64,000 nucleotides of DNA, taken from Candidatus Pacearchaeota archaeon. GTDB lineage: Archaea; Nanobdellota; Nanobdellia; Pacearchaeales; GW2011-AR1. The position numbers and the translations under genes are program-made. Under the pieces are notes generated by a model, which saw only the letters and a program-made list of their open reading frames with translations, made no database searches and was not told the origin of the DNA. Of the stretch, positions 60,499 to 64,000 are shown piece after piece. The DNA is taken from positions 333 to 64,332 of the forward strand of contig JBBDJQ010000001.1 of NCBI GenBank assembly GCA_040879765.1, written 5' to 3'. How positions within the stretch are numbered: position 1 is the stretch's first letter; each line of letters starts with the position of its first letter.

Positions 60499-61131
60499 AT
60501 GGAATTTGAAAACGAACTAAAAGAAGCTTTGAAAGAACTAAGAAAAGAAGAAAATAAACGGAAGTTTAATCAGACTGTTGATTTAATAATTAATCTTCAG
60601 AAGTATGATCATAAAAGAAACCCGGTCAACTTGTTCATTTCTTTGCCTCACAAAATAAAAGATAAAAAAATTTGTGGATTTCTTGAAGTTAAAAATGATA
60701 AAATTGACACAATTACAAAAAATGATTTTAAGAAATATTCCGATAAAAAAGAATTGAAGAAGCTGGTTAAGAAATATGATTTCTTTATTGCTCAAGGAAG
60801 TTTAATGGCGAATGTTGCAACAACTTTTGGTAAAGTCTTGGGACCTGCAGGAAAAATGCCTTCTCCTCAATTAGGAATTCTAATGAATGTTGACGAAAAA
60901 GAAATAAGCAATCTCAAAGAAAGAATAAACAACAGCATAAAATTAAGAACAAAAGAAGCTAGTGTTAAACTTGCAATAGGTAAAGAAGATATGAAAGATG
61001 AAGAAATAATTGAAAATATTTCTCAAGTTTATGGATCTCTTACCAAGGCTTTGCAAAGAGGAAAAGACAATGTAAAAAATCTTGAAGTAAAATTCACGAT
61101 GACTAAACCTGTTAAAATAAAATTAAGATGA
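60499..61131 (+). CDS. rpl1: 50S ribosomal protein L1
   Basis: RKFNQTVDLIINL, GKVLGP.GKMP, TMTKP; ATG at 60499 after GGAGG. Confidence 0.95.
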   Translation: MEFENELKEALKELRKEENKRKFNQTVDLIINLQKYDHKRNPVNLFISLPHKIKDKKICGFLEVKNDKIDTITKNDFKKYSDKKELKKLVKKYDFFIAQGSLMANVATTFGKVLGPAGKMPSPQLGILMNVDEKEISNLKERINNSIKLRTKEASVKLAIGKEDMKDEEIIENISQVYGSLTKALQRGKDNVKNLEVKFTMTKPVKIKLR

Positions 61132-62030
61132 ATGCCGAAATAAAAGCTAGTGTTTCTGAAAAGAAAGTTCAGGAAGTTAAAGAATTATCAAACTTACTTG
61201 GAAGTAAAAAAACAATTTTGATTGCCTCAATAAAAAATCTTCCAGCTTCGCAATTTCAAGAAATTTCAAAGAAGCTTAGAGGGAAGGCAATAATAAAAGT
61301 TCCAAAGAAAAATTTAATTTTTAGAGCAATAGATGAATCAGGTAAAGAATATTTGAAAGAGTTCAAAGAAAAGATAGTGGATAATTCTGTTATTTTATTC
61401 TCAGATATTGATTCTTTTGAACTTGCTTCGGAATTGTTAGATAGTAAAAGGCCTGCCAAGGCGAAGGCAGGACAAGAATCTCCAGAAGATATTTCAGTCC
61501 CGGAGGGGCCAACTGATTTGGTTTCAGGGCCAGTAATAAGTGATTTTGGCGCTTTAGGAATTCAAATTCAAATTGACAAAGGGAAGATAACTATAAAGAA
61601 ATCAAAGGTCATTGCCAAAGAGGGTAAAAAAATTTCTGGAAGTGCTGCAAGCATGATGGATAAGCTAGACATAAGGCCTTTTTCAATAGGTTTTGTCCCT
61701 TTGGCTGCTGCAGATAACGAAGCTAAAATAATTTATTTGGAAATAAAAATAGATAAAGAAGCTACACTTAAAGAACTTAAGACCTCTTTTTCTAGAGCTC
61801 TTGTATTTGCTGTTGAGATAAATCATCCAACTGAAGAAACAATAAGTTTTATGATTTCAAAAGCGGCAATGAATGAAAAAGCATTATCAAATTTATTAGA
61901 AAAAGAAACTGAAAACGTTGAAGAAGAACTTAGTGAAGAAAAGGAAGAAGGAAGTAAAAAAATATTAGAGGAATCAAAATCCGAAGAGGATGATCAAACT
62001 TTAGAAGAAAATTCTAAGGAGGAAAACTAA
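61128..62030 (+). CDS. rpl10: 50S ribosomal protein L10/P0
   Basis: Q..R..LRG, AKAG..P.DI.V..GPT, L.I.P. Confidence 0.93.
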   Translation: MNAEIKASVSEKKVQEVKELSNLLGSKKTILIASIKNLPASQFQEISKKLRGKAIIKVPKKNLIFRAIDESGKEYLKEFKEKIVDNSVILFSDIDSFELASELLDSKRPAKAKAGQESPEDISVPEGPTDLVSGPVISDFGALGIQIQIDKGKITIKKSKVIAKEGKKISGSAASMMDKLDIRPFSIGFVPLAAADNEAKIIYLEIKIDKEATLKELKTSFSRALVFAVEINHPTEETISFMISKAAMNEKALSNLLEKETENVEEELSEEKEEGSKKILEESKSEEDDQTLEENSKEEN

Positions 62031-62339
62031 ATGGAATACATGTATGGAGCACTTTTGTTGCACAAGCTTGGAAAAGAAGTTAGTGAAGATAATTTGAAGA
62101 GTGTTGTTGCTTCGGCTGTTGGCGATGATGGTATTGACGATGCAAAGATTAAGTCTTTGGTCGCAAGCTTGAAAAATGTCGACATAGACAAAGAACTTGA
62201 AAGCGCTTCCTTAGTTTCAGCTGCACCAGCTGCAGGAGCAAGTCCTGGAGAAGGAGCACAAGAAGAAGCTAAAGAAGAAAAGCCTAAAGAAGAGAAAAAG
62301 GAAGCTGCAGCTGAAGGTTTGTCTGCCTTATTTGGATAA
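62031..62339 (+). CDS. rpl12: 50S ribosomal protein L12/P1
   Basis: MEY.YGALLLH...GL.ALFG. Confidence 0.96.
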   Translation: MEYMYGALLLHKLGKEVSEDNLKSVVASAVGDDGIDDAKIKSLVASLKNVDIDKELESASLVSAAPAAGASPGEGAQEEAKEEKPKEEKKEAAAEGLSALFG

Positions 62340-62420
62340 TTTTATTTTTATTAAAGTGGGCAAATCTCTTCACTACTTAGGTGAAGCTAGATTAATCTAA
62401 AATTTTTAATATAATTCAAA

Positions 62421-62561
62421 ATGGAAAGAAAGGAGATTCTGGGAATTTTGTCAATCATTTCATTTGGATCCATATTATTTACTCCAACAGATTCGAATCT
62501 TTGGTTTTGGTTCTTTATTTTTGGGGTTCTCTTTGGAGTTGGATGGTTTAAAACTAAATAA
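62421..62561 (+). CDS. small two-TM protein (46 aa, not in ORF track)
   Basis: MERKEILGILSIISFGSILF...WFWFFIFGVLFGVGWFKTK. Confidence 0.5.
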   Translation: MERKEILGILSIISFGSILFTPTDSNLWFWFFIFGVLFGVGWFKTK

Positions 62562-62605
62562 TCTAATTACATAAATCTTAAATAAAACTCCCAAGTTATT
62601 TTATT

Positions 62606-62764
62606 ATGGATGAAAGGGATTTTTTGAGGTTGTGTACAATGGTTACTTTTTCACCCATAATTTTTCTTTCAATATATTCTTGGGTTGGACTTCTCTTTAT
62701 TATTTTTGGATTGTTTTTTATAACTGGGTGGGTAATTTTTAAACCAAGAACCTTAGAAAAATAA
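62606..62764 (+). CDS. small two-TM protein (52 aa, not in ORF track)
   Basis: MDERDFLRLCTMVTFSPIIFL...FFITGWVIFKPRTLEK; ends 2 nt before tRNA-Thr. Confidence 0.5.
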   Translation: MDERDFLRLCTMVTFSPIIFLSIYSWVGLLFIIFGLFFITGWVIFKPRTLEK

Positions 62765-62766
62765 AG

Positions 62767-62838
62767 GCCTGCATAGCTCAGTGGTAGAGCGTTTGCTTCG
62801 TAAGCAAAAAGTCGGGGGTTCAAATCCCTCTGCAGGCT
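62767..62838 (+). tRNA. tRNA-Thr(CGT)
   Basis: GCCTGCA...TTTGC-TTCGTAA-GCAAA...TTCAAAT...TGCAGGC-T. Confidence 0.95.
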
Positions 62839-63036
62839 TTTTGAAAAATAGAAAACGGAGAGATTATACATGAACAATAAGTTAAAGAAAGATCCACATA
62901 TTAGTTTAACTCCTGATTATGAAACTTTAGAAACCCTAAGGAAGTTCTTAAAAGAGAATTTCCAAAGAAAAATTTAGGAGAATTATTAAAATTTAAATGA
63001 GATTTATTATTCAACGGTTTTGAGAGAGAAGACTAA

Positions 63037-63495
63037 TTACAAACAATCCCTGTATTTTAACATGCTAGAATATTTTAATAATAAAGTAGCCTTATTTTTA
63101 TCTGTATAATATTCTAAATCTCCGTTTTGATTTGCAGTTTTAACAATTTCACAAAGATTCTTTGAATTCATTTCACTGATGTATTTTGAATGTATCATTA
63201 CTTGAATCAAAGGCTCCCCTTCACCAGTTACTATGGGCTGTCTCCAAATTCTTTGTCCATTTTCAAAATCATAAAAAAAAATTTGTAAGGGAGCATTATT
63301 AGGGATATCTTCTAGAATTCCACTCCCTTGAATTGCTGCATTAAATGTTTCAATTTGCACTTGACTTAAGGGATATGTTTGAACCTGTGTTGAATTAGAA
63401 ACGGCCTTTCCAGTTGAAGGTAAATTAAAAAAAACTAAAATCGAAATTATGATGAACACTCCAGCAACTATCAAAATCTCTTTTTTATTTTTCAT
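63037..63495 (-). CDS. membrane-anchored hypothetical protein with a TGxAV motif
   Basis: N-terminal TM followed by STGKAV. Confidence 0.7.
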   Translation of the reverse strand: MKNKKEILIVAGVFIIISILVFFNLPSTGKAVSNSTQVQTYPLSQVQIETFNAAIQGSGILEDIPNNAPLQIFFYDFENGQRIWRQPIVTGEGEPLIQVMIHSKYISEMNSKNLCEIVKTANQNGDLEYYTDKNKATLLLKYSSMLKYRDCL

Positions 63496-63506
63496 TTTAA
63501 CATAAA

Positions 63507-63645
63507 CGCCGTCACCAGGAATCGAACCTGGACGTCCATAAGGACCCTGGGTATTTGGCAGATTGTAAATGGTCGCAGGAGGTGCGGAACCTCACTGGTG
63601 ATTCTGCGCTCAAACCAGGTGGAATACCATTCTCCGCATGACGGC
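63507..63645 (-). tRNA. tRNA-Ser(TGA) with a 57-nt intron at 37/38 (63552-63608)
   Basis: GCCGTCA acceptor; long variable arm; BHB with TTTG/CAAA central helix, 3-nt bulges and GCAGA/TCTGC outer helix. Confidence 0.92.
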
Positions 63646-63681
63646 ATGGAAATTATTAGAAATAGAGAATTAAAAGAGTTT

Positions 63682-63978
63682 CTATGAGAACAAATCTTTC
63701 AAAAACCTAGCAAAGGATTTTCGAGGTTTACGTGTCTCAATTTTTATGGGTTTATTATCTTCTCCATAAAGTTCATATTTTATTTTTGGCTTATCCCTAT
63801 TTTTAGCATTCAACTTTCTTTCTTCTTCCTTTTGTCTTTCTAATTTTTCTAATGCTCTAGAAATATCTGTTCTAGAATAGCCTTGTTGAACAAGAGACCA
63901 TTTAAGGGATTCCTCTGTGTATCCTTTGGATAAATTTTTCCTAAAGTATTCAACGAGCTTTGCCCTTCTATCCTCCAT
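63682..63978 (-). CDS. hypothetical protein
   Basis: LVEY...NL.KGY....LK..L..QGY helical motif. Confidence 0.7.
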   Translation of the reverse strand: MEDRRAKLVEYFRKNLSKGYTEESLKWSLVQQGYSRTDISRALEKLERQKEEERKLNAKNRDKPKIKYELYGEDNKPIKIETRKPRKSFARFLKDLFS

Positions 63979-64000
63979 ATAAAAAGCAGAAGAATGAACT

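Noticed and set aside
62596-62877. 93-aa minus-strand ORF
   Set aside because: Antisense to tRNA-Thr and a small TM gene; shadow ORF.
63576-63584. Anti-SD-like CACCTCCT in the tRNA-Ser intron (minus strand)
   Set aside because: An 8-nt match, mostly within a hairpin stem; compatible with chance.

Overview
AT-rich, densely packed archaeal chromosome segment from a DPANN-type organism, most likely Pacearchaeota. The assignment rests on a fused PriS-PriL primase, an unlinked 23S rRNA gene, an exosortase-family protein beside an S-layer-like substrate, and TATA boxes about 25 nt before start codons. RNA genes: a stand-alone 23S rRNA with its processing stem, RNase P RNA, three intronless tRNAs (Phe, Pro, Thr), an intron-containing tRNA-Ser and a partial tRNA. 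Housekeeping genes cover translation (cysS, class I lysS, S19e, L39e, L31e, L37ae, L40e, L11, L1, L10, L12, aIF5A), replication and repair (primase, PCNA, Hjc, RNase HI, Ogg, Nth, MazG-like), division (ftsZ, sepF) and oxidative stress (msrA/B, peroxiredoxin). A cell-surface region at about 28.4-50 kb holds five class III signal-peptide (pilin-like) genes, Cys-rich secreted proteins (one with LysM plus a Gly-rich hydrophobic hairpin), an S-layer protein and a sortase-like module. Most notable observations: (1) the pilin-like/LysM cluster as a candidate host-attachment apparatus; (2) several substitutions at highly conserved PTC and exit-tunnel positions of the 23S rRNA, plus a 51-nt twin-hairpin insertion; (3) a dispersed ~24-nt element (GCGATTAGCCATACGCTTCGGC) with a sharp left end at gene boundaries; (4) two perfectly identical tracts inside otherwise diverged paralogs; (5) apparent loss of Fe-S ligands in primase and Nth; (6) structured leaders before rps19e, rpl1 and the S-layer gene; (7) an unannotated H1-like micropeptide. 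No CRISPR array, integrase, transposase or reverse transcriptase was seen. All protein family calls are from motif recognition by eye, not database searches.
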